From Macrostomum lignano (Eukaryota), in the NCBI GenBank assembly GCA_002269645.1, contig NIVC01003946.1:4301-68300 (forward strand): a stretch of DNA of 64,000 bases, read 5' to 3'. Each line of letters begins with the position of its first letter. The first letter of the stretch is position 1. Under the pieces are notes generated by a model. The model had not been told where the DNA came from, ran no database searches, and saw nothing but the letters and a program-made list of their open reading frames with translations. Positions 13,501 through 28,055 of the stretch are shown piece after piece. Both the position numbers and the translations under genes were made by a program.

Positions 13501-16500
13501 CAAGAACGCTTTGTCGCAGGACAGCCGGGATGACTGGGCGATCACCGTAGCAGAGAACTCTGTTGTCCGTCGTGAGGGCGTGTCGGATGGCCTTGAAAGG
13601 TCATCCGACTGTAGAACGTGACCTGTTAGTGACTGTAGAATGTGACTTTGACCTGTGAGTGACTGTAGAATGTGACCAGTGAGTGACTGTAGAATGTGAC
13701 CAGTGAGTGACTGTAGAATGTGACCAGTGAGTGACTGTAGAATGTGACCTGTTAGTGACTGTAGAATGTGACCTGTGAGTGACTGTAGAATTTGACCTGT
13801 TAGTGACTGTAGAATGTGACCTGTTAGGGACTGTAGAATGTGACCTGTGAGTGACTGTAGAATGTGACCTGTGAGTGACTGTAGAATGTGACCTGTGAGT
13901 GACTGTAGAATGTGACCTGTGAGTGACTGTAGAATGTGACCTGTGAGTGACTGTAGAATGTGACTTTGACCAGTGAGTGACTGTAGAATGTGACTTGTGA
14001 GTGACTGTAGAGTGTGACCTGTGAGTGACTGTAGAATGTGACCTGTTAGTGACTGTAGAATGTGACCTGTTAGTGACTGTAGAATGTGACCTGTGAGTGA
14101 CTGTAGAATGTGACCTGTGAGTGACTGTAGAATGTGACCTGTTAGTGACTGTAGAATGTGACCTGTGAGTGACTGTAGAATTTGACCTGTTAGTGACTGT
14201 AGAATGTGACCTGTTAGGGACTGTAGAATGTGACCTTTGAGTGACTGTAGAATGTGACCTGTGAGTGACTGTAGAATGCGACCTGTGAGTGACTGTAGAA
14301 TGTGACCTGTGAGTGACTGTAGAATGTGACCTGTTAGTGACTGTAGAATGTGACCTGTGAGTGACTGTAGAATTTGACCTGTTAGTGACTGTAGAATGTG
14401 ACCTGTTAGGGACTGTAGAATGTGACCTGTGAGTGACTGTAGAATGTGACCTGTGAGTGACTGTAGAATGCGACCTGTGAGTGACTGTAGAATGTGACCT
14501 GTGAGTGACTGTAGAATGTGACCTGTGAGTGACTGTAGAATGTGACTTTGACCAGTGAGTGACTGTAGAATGTGACTTGTGAGTGACTGTAGAGTGTGAC
14601 CTGTGAGTGACTGTAGAATGTGACCTGTTAGTGACTGTAGAATGTGACCTGTTAGTGACTGTAGAATGTGACCTGTGAGTGACTGTAGAATGTGACCTGT
14701 TAGTGACTGTAGAATGTGACCTGTTAGTGACTGTAGAATGTGACCTGTGAGTGACTGTAGAATGCGACCTGTGAGTGACTGTAGAATGTGACCTGTTAGT
14801 GACTGTAGAATGTGACATGTTAGTGACTGTAGAATGTGACCTGTGAGTTACTGTAGAATGTGACCTGTGAGTGACTGTAGAATGTGACCTTTGAGTGACT
14901 GTAGAATGTGACCTGTGAGTGACTGTAGAATGTGACCTGTGAGTGACTGTAGAATGTGACCTGTGAGTGACTGTAGAATGTGACCTGTAATATATATAAT
15001 ATTAACGCATCGGAGTGGCGGGGCGTACGGGCGCGAAATGGGGTGGTGGGCACACAAGATGTACAGTCAATAATTCAATAGTCATTTAGTTAGTCATTCA
15101 GTCACAAGTGCAGCGGCAGACTCCAGCGCTGCCTCATCTCCCCCCTTCGAAATGGGTCGGGGGCACGCCTGGGGTTGACCGAACCGGGTAGCGAGGTGCT
15201 GCTGTTTGAATTGGGCTTTGTTCGGATCCAACGAACGGGTCCTGACCGAGTTCTCCGGGCGGATCCTGACCGAGTTCGCCGGGCGGGTCCTGACTGAGTC
15301 CCCCGGGCGGGTCCTGACTGAGTCCTCCGGGCGGGTCCTGACCAAGTCCTCCGGGCGGGTCCTGACCGAGTTCTCCGGGCGGGTCCTGACTGAGTCCTCC
15401 GGGCGGGTCCTGACCGAGTCCTCCGGGCGGGTCCTGACCGAGTCCGCCGGGCGGGTCCTGACCGAGTCCGCCGGGCGGGTCCTGACCGAGTCCGCCGGGC
15501 GGGTCCTGACCGAGTTCGATTGGTAGATTCTGACCGAATTGTTCTGGCTGGTCCTGGTCTGCTACAACGCGGCTCAGCTGATCCGCATGCGCCGCATCCG
15601 CATCCGCATGCGTCTTGACGAGCGATAAGGGCAGTGTTGGTGCTCCTGACGCTGCTGATCTCCAGGCGTGTACCACAGGCTCGCTCTGATTGGTGTGCGC
15701 ATGGTTATCGGGTTGCGTAGTTGTCGACCCATGAGCTGCGACGGGCTCTGCTGGCGCCCAGCATGCGGCACACACCTGTAGTTTAGCAGTACCCTGGATA
15801 GGAAGGACTCGTAGCTTTCGGACTGGTCCCACGCCGCAGATGATTTCTTGATAGACTGGACCATCCGCTCGGCCAAGCCGTTAGACTGAGGGTGCCGCAA
15901 GGGAGTCTTGATGGAGCGGCAGCCGATTCTTTCCAGCCAGGCGACCAGATTGGCGTCGTGGAACTCGGCGGCGTTGTCACTAACAAGCACTTGAGGCACG
16001 CCGTTTCTAGCAAAGATCTCCTGCAACACCCGCTTGACTGTCGCCGCGTCCCTATTTTGCAGCCTCAGGCCAGCCGGACATAGCGTCCAGGAGTCCGACC
16101 CTCGGCACGCATGCATGATCCATGTGGACTCTGTACCACGGCTTTTCCTCGTCGGGCCAACTGTGGACACTCTCCAGACCACTCGGACGCAGTCTTGAGC
16201 AGGTCGGACAACCTCGAACGTAGGCCTCGACGTCGTTGCAATAGCCGGGCCACCGGGCTGAATTCTGTAGGCGAGCGCGCGTTGAGCCAGATCCTTGATG
16301 CGTGTCGTGCATGATTCCAAGAACGCTTTGTCGCAGGACAGCCGGGATGACTGGGCGATCACCGTAGCAGAGAACTCCGTTGTCCGTCGTGAGGGCGTGT
16401 CGGATGGCCTTGAAAGGTCATCCGACTGTAGAACGTGACCTGTTAGTGACTGTAGAATGTGACTTTGACCTGTGAGTGACTGTAGAATGTGACCAGTGAG

Positions 16501-19500
16501 TGACTGTAGAATGTGACCAGTGAGTGACTGTAGAATGTGACTTTGACCTGTGAGTGACTGTAGAATGTGACCAGTGAGTGACTGTAGAATGTGACCAGTG
16601 AGTGACTGTAGAATGTGACCAGTGAGTGACTGTAGAATGTGACTTTGACCTGTGAGTGACTGTAGAATGTGACCAGTGAGTGACTGTAGAATGTGACCAG
16701 TGAGTGACTGTAGAATGTGACCAGTGAGTGACTGTAGAATGTGACTTTGACCTGTGAGTGACTGTAGAATGTGACCAGTGAGTGACTGTAGAATGTGACC
16801 AGTGAGTGACTGTAGAATGTGACTTTGATCTGTGAGTGACTGTAGAATGTGACCAGTGAGTGACTGTAGAATGTGACCTGTTTATGGCAGTCACCTGTCC
16901 CCCGTTGCTATGCAGGCCATCGCGCAATTGTCGAGTTTGCTCCAACTACCAGTCGAACTTATTTGCCAATATTTTTCGGCAAAGCATGAAGCCGAAGAGG
17001 CTGGGTTCTCTGAGATTCGAGCAATGGTCACCATGCTGGAGGATCGCATATGGCAGCAACCTTCCGGTGCTTCTCGGGCACAGCAAACTGGTAGGGATTT
17101 GTGAATGTGTCTGTGAATGTGTCTGTGAATGCGTCTGTGAATGTGTCTGTGAATGTGTCTGTGAATGTGTCTGTGAATGTGTCTGTGAATGTGTCTGTGA
17201 ATGTGTCTGTGAATGTGTCTGTGAATGTGTCTGTGAATGTGTCTGTGAATGTGTCTGTGAATGCGTCTGTGAATGTGTCTGTGAATGTGTCCGTGAATGT
17301 GTTTGTAAATGTGTCTGTGAATGTGTCTGTGACTGTGTCTGTGAATGTGTCTGTGAATGTGTCTGTGATGCATCTGTGAATGTGTCTGTGACTGTGTTTG
17401 TAAATATTTCTGTGAATGTGTCTGTGAATGTGTCTGTGAATGTGTCTGTGATGCATCTGTGAATATGTCTTTGAATGTGTCTGTGAATGTGTCTGTGAAT
17501 GTGTTTGTAAATATTTCTGTGAATATTTCTGTGAATGTGTCTGTGAATGTGTCTGTGAATGCGTCTGTGAATGTGTCTGTGAATGTGTCTGTGAATGCGT
17601 CTGTGAATGTGTCTGTGAATGTGTCTGTGAATGCGTCTGTAATGTGTCTGTGAATGTGTCTGTGAATGTGTCTGTGAATGCGTCTGTGAATGTGTCTGTG
17701 AATGTGTCTGTGAATGCGTCTGTGAATGTGTCTGTGAATGTGTCTGTGAATGTGTCTGTGAATGTGTCTGTGAATGCGTCTGTGAATGCGTCTGTGAATG
17801 TGTCTGTGAATGCGTCTGTGAATGTGTCTGTGAATGTGTCCGTGAATGTGTTTGTAAATGTGTCTGTGAATGTGTCTGTGAATGTGTCTGTGAATGTGTC
17901 TGTGAATGTGTCTGTGAATGTGTCTGTGAATGCGTCTGTGAATGCGTCTGTGAATGTGTCTGTGAATGCGTCTGTGAATGTGTCTGTGAATGTGTCCGTG
18001 AATGTGTTTGTAAATGTGTCTGTGAATGTGTCTGTGACTGTGTCTGTGAATGTGTCTGTGAATGTGTCTGTGATGCATCTGTGAATGTGTCTGTGACTGT
18101 GTTTGTAAATATTTCTGTGAATGTGTCTGTGAATGTGTCTGTGAATGTGTCTGTGATGCATCTGTGAATATGTCTTTGAATGTGTCTGTGAATGTGTCTG
18201 TGAATGTGTTTGTAAATATTTCTGTGAATATTTCTGTGAATGTGTCTGTGAATGTGTCTGTGAATGCGTCTGTGAATGTGTCTGTGAATGTGTCTGTGAA
18301 TGCGTCTGTGAATGTGTCTGTGAATGTGTCTGTGAATGCGTCTGTGAATGTGTCTGTGAATGTGTCTGTGAATGTGTCTGTGAATGTGTCTGTGAATGCG
18401 TCTGTGAATGCGTCTGTGAATGTGTCTGTGAATGCGTCTGTGAATGTGTCTGTGAATGTGTCCGTGAATGTGTTTGTAAATGTGTCTGTGAATGTGTCTG
18501 TGAATGTGTCCGTGATGCATCTGTGAATATGTCTTTGAATGTGTCTGTGAATGTGTCTGTGAATGCATTTGTAAATATTTCTGTGAATGTGTCTGTGAAT
18601 GTGTCTGTGAATTTTTCTGTTATTGACAATCAATCATTATTGTGATAAATGTTTGCACTCAAAAACATTTTCACAGTAAAAGTTTGAAACCCGAGTGATA
18701 AAGAGACCTCCAACACATCACGGATGAAGGAATAGAATGGATTGCTAATCTAGCCAACATCACTGATGAAGGAATAGAATGGATTGCTAATCCAGCCAGC
18801 ATCTCTGATGAAGGAATAGAATGGATTGCTAATCTAGCCAGCATCACTGATGAAGGAATAGAATGGATTGCTAATCTAGCCAGCATCACTGATGAAGGAA
18901 TAGAATGGATTGCTAATCTAGCCAGCATCACTGATGAAGGAATAGAATGGATTGCTAATCTAGCCAGCATCACTGATGAAGGAATAGAATGGATTGCTAA
19001 TCCAGCCAATTACCCGTATTTCAGGTGTTATGCACACACCTCTGCCTAACAAGCAGAAGACTCAGACAACTGAGCTCCAACATCATGAGCAGGAGCAGCA
19101 GAATCATCAGAGTCCAACCAAAGCTCCAAATAAAACTTCCGGCCGTCGTTTCTTGCACCGTCTGCTAGGCCTCCGAGATCGTCTGAGGCGTCGTAAAAAG
19201 TCGTCGAAGATATTCTCGCCCAGTGAACATCCGGGACCTGGCACTGACGGCGGCTGCAGACAACAAACAGCAGCGGTCGCTGAGCTTCGCAGTCAGCTGC
19301 TGGCTGCTGTGGACCAGGAGGCTGCCGGTGAGTAGCTTAATGGCTAGCGCGCCTGTTCTGCAATCGGTAGGGCGGTGGTTCGAATCTTGATCCTACCAAG
19401 TCTTTTTTTAACGATTTTTACCACTAACAAATCAGCTTACTTAAAGTAGCTTACTTTGTATTTACTTCAATGGTTATATACATGTATTAATTTAAATTTA

Positions 19501-19998
19501 AATTCTCTAATTTTTTTTCTTACTTACTGAGCATAATGAAGTAGTATAAAGGGGGTTTTGAATAAATATGAATTGAAAAATTGAATTTCAGCAAATCATC
19601 AACACAAGCCAATCGACAGACCAACAAACTTGCCACTAGACGAGATCGAATCTGTAAGCCGCAGTTTTATAATTTTCAATCTGTGTTTTCGATACATATC
19701 GGTAGTTGTCAACTTTGCTATATATTTTCTAACAGCCGTCCCTCGTCGCCGACCTCCGGCTTCGGGCAAGTCGGCAGCTGCTGCGCGATCAGCTGATGGA
19801 CTCGGCGGAGAGGCTCGTGGCGTCATGTCGGTGCAGCCAGGAGGCGCCGAGGGCGGAGGCGGAGCTGCTGGAAAGTCCGGCGGGACCGGCGCCAGGTGGT
19901 CTCCTAGCAACCACGGCTCAGGTGCACCAGGGCTCAGTGACTGCAGCCACTGCGTCTGGCAGGCCTGCGAGGCCCAACGGCCTTCTGATCCGCGTTGA
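10514..19998 (+). CDS. HUNK-like kinase exons 6-9 (subdomain XI, helical UBA-like segment, C-terminal tail)
   Basis: 10514-10680 (G)CRQLLHGLLETDPVKRLRV… (phase 1 to 0); 16916-17090 AIAQLSSLLQLPVELICQYF… (0 to 1); 19025-19327 (1 to 1, G|gtgagt); 19736-19998 (1 to TGA). LLETDPVKR resembles LLEPDPVKR of vertebrate HUNK as I recall it. The last exon is less certain because an alternative donor exists at 19921. Confidence 0.78.
12170..13609 (-). mobile_element. Ty3/Gypsy LTR-retrotransposon 3' fragment (frameshifted integrase, PPT, 151-bp 3' LTR), copy 1
   Basis: Zinc-binding motif (MHDTHQG…WPG…CPTC), then PWYRVHMDH, then core LVSDNAAEF…HPQSNGLAERMVQSIK, spread over different frames. An internal 24-bp repeat lies at 12415-12700. 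PPT GAAGGGGGAGA (12331-12321) is followed by the LTR TGAGGC…TTACA (12320-12170). Confidence 0.88.
14986..16426 (-). mobile_element. Ty3/Gypsy 3' fragment, copy 2 (tandem duplicate, offset ~2817 bp)
   Basis: Near-identical to 12170-13609; only a few differences seen (one extra C in the PPT, three substitutions). LTR at 14986-15136. Confidence 0.88.
17100..18615. repeat. 12-bp minisatellite (CTGTGAATGTGT)n in kinase intron 7
   Basis: Tandem array with internally duplicated variant blocks. The HRHI/TDTF ORFs are artefacts. Confidence 0.97.
18715..19007. repeat. 42-bp minisatellite (copy 3), ending just before the exon-8 acceptor
   Basis: Same unit as 9250-9582. Confidence 0.95.
19327..19409 (+). 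ncRNA. Degenerate tRNA-like Pol III unit or SINE head overlapping the exon-8 splice donor
   Basis: A box TAGCTTAATGG (19333), B box GGTTCGAATC (19377), 3' CCTACCA at 19398, T7 run at 19403-19409. Stems pair poorly, so it is not a functional tRNA. Confidence 0.45.
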
Positions 19999-20004
19999 TG
20001 CGTT

Positions 20005-20740
20005 CGCCCCCTCCAAATCCGCCCCTTCCCAATCCGCCCCTTCCCAATCCGCCCCTTCCCAATCCGCCCCCTCCCAATCCGTCCCCTCCCAATCCGCCCC
20101 TTCCCAATCCGCCACCTCCCAATCCGTCCCCTCTCAATCCGTCCCCTCCCAATCCGTCCCCTCCCAATCCGTCCCCTCTCAATCCGCCCCTTCCCAATCC
20201 ACCCCCTCCCAATCCCCCTCATTCAAATCGACCCCCTCCTGATCTGCCCCTTCCCGATTCACCCGCCCTTCCACGCTGATAACAAGCTCCATCCGCTCTC
20301 TACTATACTTAATCCGCTCCCTACTAAATCCGCTCCCTACTAAATCCGCTCCCTACTAAATCCGCTCCCTACTAAATCCGCTCCCTACTAAATCCGCTCC
20401 CTACTAAATCCGCTCCCTACTAAATCCGCTCCCTACTAAATCCGCTCCCTACTAAATCCGCTCCCTACTAAATCCGCTCCCTACTAAATCCGCTCCTTAC
20501 TAAATCCGCTCCCTACTAAATCTGCTCCCTACTAAATCCGCTCCCTACTAAATCCGCTCCCTACTAAATCCGCTCCCTACTAAATCCGCTCCCTACTAAA
20601 TCCGCTCCTTACTAAATCCGCTCCCTACTAAATCTGCTCCCTACCAAAACCGTTCCCTACTGAATCCACACCTTACCAAATCAGCTCCCTACCAAATCCG
20701 CTCCCTATCAAATCCGCTCCCTACCAAATCCGCCCTTACC
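20005..20740. repeat. C-rich 15-bp (ccctcccaatccgcc) and 16-bp (taaatccgctccctac) minisatellites
   Basis: Two adjacent arrays, ~20005-20270 and ~20310-20740. Confidence 0.9.
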
Positions 20741-21809
20741 TACTGACTCCGCTCGTGCACAGCTCAAACTATATATATACTCAATGGCTCTTCAGCAAAA
20801 AAATCGTTTTTGAAAGTGTGGCCTTTCTAACAAAACTGTTTCTTGATTTTTTATTTATCGGCGAAAAAAGCCCCGCCACCGACAAGAAAATCGAAATTCG
20901 GAAAGAGGAAAGAAAATAATGCCGATTCTTAATGGAATTGGCGGGGTCGAATTTCTGCGACTAAGTGGCACACGGATGGAGATGGAGGTGGGTATTAACT
21001 TACAGATGCCATCGCCAAAAGGTAGAGAGAGAGTTGAGACCAGATTCAGCAGGAGTCAAGGAGAGAACAATCTAGATTTATATATGTAAGAGTGACCGGC
21101 AGATGGTCGCGTGATGCTCAAGAAAAAAAACGAAAAATCCTTTCAAAAAATTTCTATAACCCTGCGCAGAAAAAATTATATTTAAACCCGAAAAGGGATT
21201 AATTTCTCTTATAGTTTAGAAGAAGAAGAAATCTTTTCAAATGCTTCTGTCCAATTTCTCTTTTGCTCGGGTAGGCAGGCAGCCTGAACAAACTAAGTTG
21301 ATACTTAGCACTCTCCAGGAGCCAACCGGGCGTGACACTGGGGAGCAGGGCGTCCCCCCCCCTGAGGCGCCGTGGTCTGCAGCTTGTCACACTCCAGAAA
21401 GCACCATCAATACGGGCAAAGATTAAAATTGTGTCAAACGTAATCACCGTCATGGACTCCGGGGTTGGCCGAATCCGCGATGCAGCCAGATGCCATTCTG
21501 CGACTCTCAAGTGGACTTCTTCGGCAAGGTGAGGAAGATTATGGAGCTCGGCAGAGGCAAAGTGAGAGAAAGTGGATAATCAAGTTATTTAAGAGCTAAT
21601 TCCACTGCGCAGGCTTCTCACACTTTCGCTCGATTAATTATCTGGTTGGTTGAGTTGGCGTGATATTTTTCTAAATTAGACATTACAAGAAGAAAAACAA
21701 CTTTGCGGGGATCTTCACTTATAGGCTTAATTTGCCTGCCAGTTCCTTCTTCGAGCTTGAAATTTGAGTTCATTGTCCCTGAGTTCACCCATCTCTTTCC
21801 GTCTCCTCT

Positions 21810-22185
21810 ACTTCTGCCCCTCTACTTCCACCCCCTCTACTTCCGCCCCCTCTACTTCCACCCCCTCTACTTCCGCCCCTCTACTTCCACCCCCTCTACT
21901 TCCGCCCCTCTACTTCCACCCCCTCTACTTCCGCCCCTCTACTTGCACCCCTCTACTTCCGCCCCGTATACTTCCACCCCCTCTACTTCCGCCCCTCTAC
22001 TTCCACCCCTCTACTTCCGCCCCTCTACTTCCACCCCCTCTACTTCCGCCCCTCTACTTGCACCCCCTCTACTTCCGCCCCTCTACTTCCACCCCCTCTA
22101 CTTCCACGCCCTCTACTACTTCCACCCCCTCTACTTCCACCCCCTCTACTTCCACCCCTCTACTTCCACCCTCTACTTCCATCCC
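21810..22185. repeat. ~15-bp C-rich minisatellite (ccccctctacttcc)
   Basis: Visible tandem periodicity. Confidence 0.9.
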
Positions 22186-22715
22186 TCCGCTAACAAGCAG
22201 TCAATCTTTTCCCAACAGACAAGCCCATAAACTATATTTTATTGCAAAAACATTTGCCTTTAATCCTTCTGTGACAGTAAAGGAGACTTTTCTGTATATT
22301 AAATGAATGCCAAGTTGCAGCAGCAGCATCGGTGGGCAATTTAGACGTGAATAAATCTTCCAATTCAATGCCCCAGATCAATTCCGCATGGCAATGCGCT
22401 GATTAAAGCAGAAGACAAACAGGAGCGGAGAACAGAAAAAAACAGCTCCATCTCTACTCAACAAGGACTCAAAGCGGATCAAAAATCAAACAAATAGAAA
22501 GTTTCTCAATTCTGTGCGTGAGAGGACGGTCTTGAATTCTTTCTGTGCTCCGCTCGGGTCGATGCGGATGCCAGCGGATCAAGGACGCCTTTTGAACGCA
22601 GAGTCTGGGGTTGCCAGATCTGGTTCACAAATCTAATTTTCTATGCCCAAGCTGAGGCAGGCATGCACAAGAGTTTTCTGAGACAGAGTATATTTTACTA
22701 AAGCCGACAAGTTGG

Positions 22716-23140
22716 CGCCAGCACCAGAGGCGCCAGCACCAGAGGCGCCAGCACCAGAGGCGCCAGCACCAGAGGCGCCAGCACCAGAGGCGCCAGCACC
22801 AGAGGCGCCAGCACCAGAGGCGCCAGCACCAGAGGCGCCAGCACCAGAGGCGCCAGCACCAGAGGCGCCAGCACCAGAGGCGCCAGCACCAGAGGCGCCA
22901 GCACCAGAGGCGCCAGCACCAGAGGCGCCAGCACCAGAGGCGCCAGCACCAGAGGCGCCAGCACCAGAGGCGCCAGCACCAGAGGCGCCAGCACCAGAGG
23001 CGCCAGCACCAGAGGCGCCAGCACCAGAGGCGCCAGCACCAGAGGCGCCAGCACCAGAGGCGCCAGCACCAGAGGCGCCAGCACCAGAGGCGCCAGCACC
23101 AGAGGCGCCAGCACCAGAGGCGTTAGCATCAGAGGCGCCA
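22716..23140. repeat. Perfect 15-bp minisatellite (ccagcaccagaggcg)n
   Basis: ~28 identical units; translates as EAPAP or LAPLV. Confidence 0.95.
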
Positions 23141-23799
23141 GAAGCCTAAGCCAGAGGATTCCGGCAGCAATTCCAGATCCTAGTCCCAGATCTCCTTGAG
23201 CGAGGCTGCTGATGATGTGGGAGAGGGGGACCCTAGGCGCTGGCCATATTGCTTGTGAGCCATCAATTTTTGCCAATCCCAGAATTCAAACATGTTGCCC
23301 GTCTGTCCCCCCGCGCCGCTCTGCCTGTCTTCTGTCTTTGAATTTAAATTAAAACTGCACGGTTGAAGCGTCAAAGCGGATCAAAGCCCAGGATCCGTGA
23401 TTGATCTCTGGGCCGTCCATCCTTCCCCTCCATCCCTTCCCCTCCCCTGCCAACCAGCTGGGCTATCCAAATTTTCTGGAGAGATGCTGAATTCGATGAA
23501 TAAATAAAATCGAGTTATTTGCCAATTGATCTGGCCAGAATTTTTGGTGATCGATTCTTGGAAACTTGGCGAGTCTTTCCACTCCATCTTTTTGGGTCTG
23601 CTCGCGAATTCTTGCCTGATGAACTGGGTGGAAATCTCTTCCATTGGCTGGATTGAATGGTTATAGATAAGATGCAAATTAGATATCAGATTTAGAGCTT
23701 TTGTTTCTAGATATTGCGGCTGTGAAGAATCTATGAAAACGAACTTTGCATCCAATAGAACTATAAAAAGATTTTGATTTGTTAAAGAGTGCCTCGTAG

Positions 23800-23809
23800 C
23801 TAGTTAGTC

Positions 23810-23842
<33 letters not shown>

Positions 23843-23843
23843 A

Positions 23844-23900
<57 letters not shown>

Positions 23901-23901
23901 C

Positions 23902-23972
<71 letters not shown>

Positions 23973-23973
23973 C

Positions 23974-24004
<31 letters not shown>

Positions 24005-24005
24005 C

Positions 24006-24060
<55 letters not shown>

Positions 24061-24061
24061 C

Positions 24062-24098
<37 letters not shown>

Positions 24099-24125
24099 CT
24101 GAGTTAGCTAGTTAGCTAGCTAGTT
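23800..24125. repeat. (TTAG)n microsatellite
   Basis: Direct reading. Confidence 0.95.
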
Positions 24126-24694
24126 AGGTGGTTTAGAGTAGGTACATAAGTAGAGGGTAGGCGAGCCCACTCCAGACTAAACTGGTCAAACAGACGGTAT
24201 TATCCAATAACTACAGCAGCCAAACAAATGTCTTAAATCCAAAAGCATTACTCCTTGAGTATATAATTGAGTATATAATACTTTCATAACGAGATAGCAG
24301 TGAAGTGCTTCAATAGATGGTTTCGTTAAGCAGATTGCCATGAGGTTTTTATAGACTGTTTACGTGCTTCGCCAAATGCTTCTGATAAGCAGCTGTCTAC
24401 CTGCAGGTTGCTACACTGTTAGAGCTTTGGCACCGAGTGCTGCAGCAAGATACACCCCAACCCCCATCTGCTGCTGCTCCACACTTACTTGCCTGGCAAA
24501 TTAAAAGCAATCATAACTATATAGAAAATTCTTATTTGTGTATGGAAGTAGCTCGTATTTATGCAGATTTGTGCTGCGCTTAAGGAGGTCTAAAACAAGA
24601 ATTTGGAGCGTGAGGACTTCACCTGGCATTTTCAGCAACCGTCTACGCTGTCATGAAGGCTTCAAAAATAATGAGCTGATGAAGGACCCTCACC

Positions 24695-25330
24695 TTGGCT
24701 CTGAGACTCTCATATTGGCTCTGAGACTCTCATCTTGGCTCTGAGACTCTCATCTTGGCACTGAGACTCTCTCTCATCTTGGCTCTGAGACTCTCATCTT
24801 GGCTCTGAGACTCTCATATTGGCTCTGAGACTCTCATATTGGCTCTGAGACTCTCATCTTGGCTCTGAGACTCTCATATTGGCTCTGAGACTCTCACCTT
24901 GGCACTGAGACTCTCACCTTGGCACTGAGACTCTCTCTCATTTTGGCTCTGAGACTCTCATCTTGGCTCTGAGACTCTTATCTTGGCTCTGAGACTCTCA
25001 TCTTGGCACTGAGACTCTCATCTTGGCTCTGCAACTCTCATATTGGCTCTGAGACTCTCATATTGGCTCTGAGACTCTCATATTGGCTCTGAGACTCTCA
25101 TCTTGGCTCTGAGACTCTCATATTGGCTCTGAGACTCTCACCTTGGCACTGAGACTCTCACCTTGGCACTGAGACTCTCTCTCATTTTGGCTCTGAGACT
25201 CTCATCTTGGCTCTGAGACTCTCATATTGGCTCTGAGACTCTCATCTTGGCTCTGAGACTCTCACCTTGGCACTGAGACTCTCACCTTGGCACTGAGACT
25301 CTCATCTTGGCTGAGACTCTCATCTTGGCT
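24695..25330. repeat. 20-bp minisatellite (ggctctgagactctcatctt)n
   Basis: Direct reading. Confidence 0.95.
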
Positions 25331-26167
25331 GTATTTTCATCAAACACAAGAGCAAATTTAAGTCTAATCCAGATTTTAGTTAAAAAAAGAATGGGTCTCC
25401 ATGAACTACAGCTATTAAAAATTGGTCAAACAAGAGAAAGATGAGGGTAAAGTGAGGAGCGGGCAGCTGCCAGACATGAGATGAGGCAAAGCATCATAAA
25501 TGGTTATGAAGAGATTTTTGCAATTTTCTGTCTCATGCTGCAAGCCCAGAGCCTCACCGCAGACGGGTCCCCAGCAGCACAACCCCCACCTTATAAATGA
25601 GAGACTGACAGGCCACTCATTTTCGACACCTATCAATGCTTCATCGTCATTATTTCAATGTGGAATTACACAGATATAAAAAACTGTCTACCTGTGTGGG
25701 TCAGAGTGAATTGAAGAATGAAAAGACAGAAAGCAGATTGCAGTAGCAGGCAAAACTGAATTGAAACATAAATTATAAGAATTGCTGTGGCCAAGAAGAA
25801 CAGCATGATTTATTGTTGGACTCAGTAAACACTGGAAAAATACAAATATATATTTTTTCTGACCATTTTTTTCAGTTTGACTTTTATGAGAAAAAAAGCG
25901 TTGGGCAGCTCAACCATGTGAGTTTTTGCTCAGTTTTTTATCCGTGCAGCTGCTGAGCGGCTGTTGGCAATTCCGGGGTTATTTGGGACTTAATTTATGG
26001 ATATTGTCAGTTGGTGGTCAGCCTGCTCGATTGGCATATTTTGCTTCGAGAGCTGCCACGCGACCAGCCATGTAACCTGGGCTTGGGACTTCTCTCTTTG
26101 CATCAAGGAGGCCTTCAACTGGAGTCCACCTGGAGTAACCGGGGTTTCCTTGAAGCTCTAGTTAATA

Positions 26168-28055
<1,888 letters not shown>

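Larger units (their letters stand above)
10995..16880. repeat. 24-bp minisatellite in three blocks (10995-12169, 13610-14985, 16427-16880) in kinase intron 6
   Basis: Unit gtgagtgactgtagaatgtgacct. The SHSTVTHR-repeat ORFs are artefacts. Confidence 0.97.

Noticed and set aside
22698-23276. EAPAP-repeat ORF as a structural protein
   Set aside because: It is a perfect 15-bp repeat with no synonymous variation and is also open on the opposite strand; there is no flanking coding evidence.
23800-24125. (TTAG)n as telomeric repeat
   Set aside because: It is a 4-bp unit rather than TTAGG/TTAGGG, and it is internal and short.
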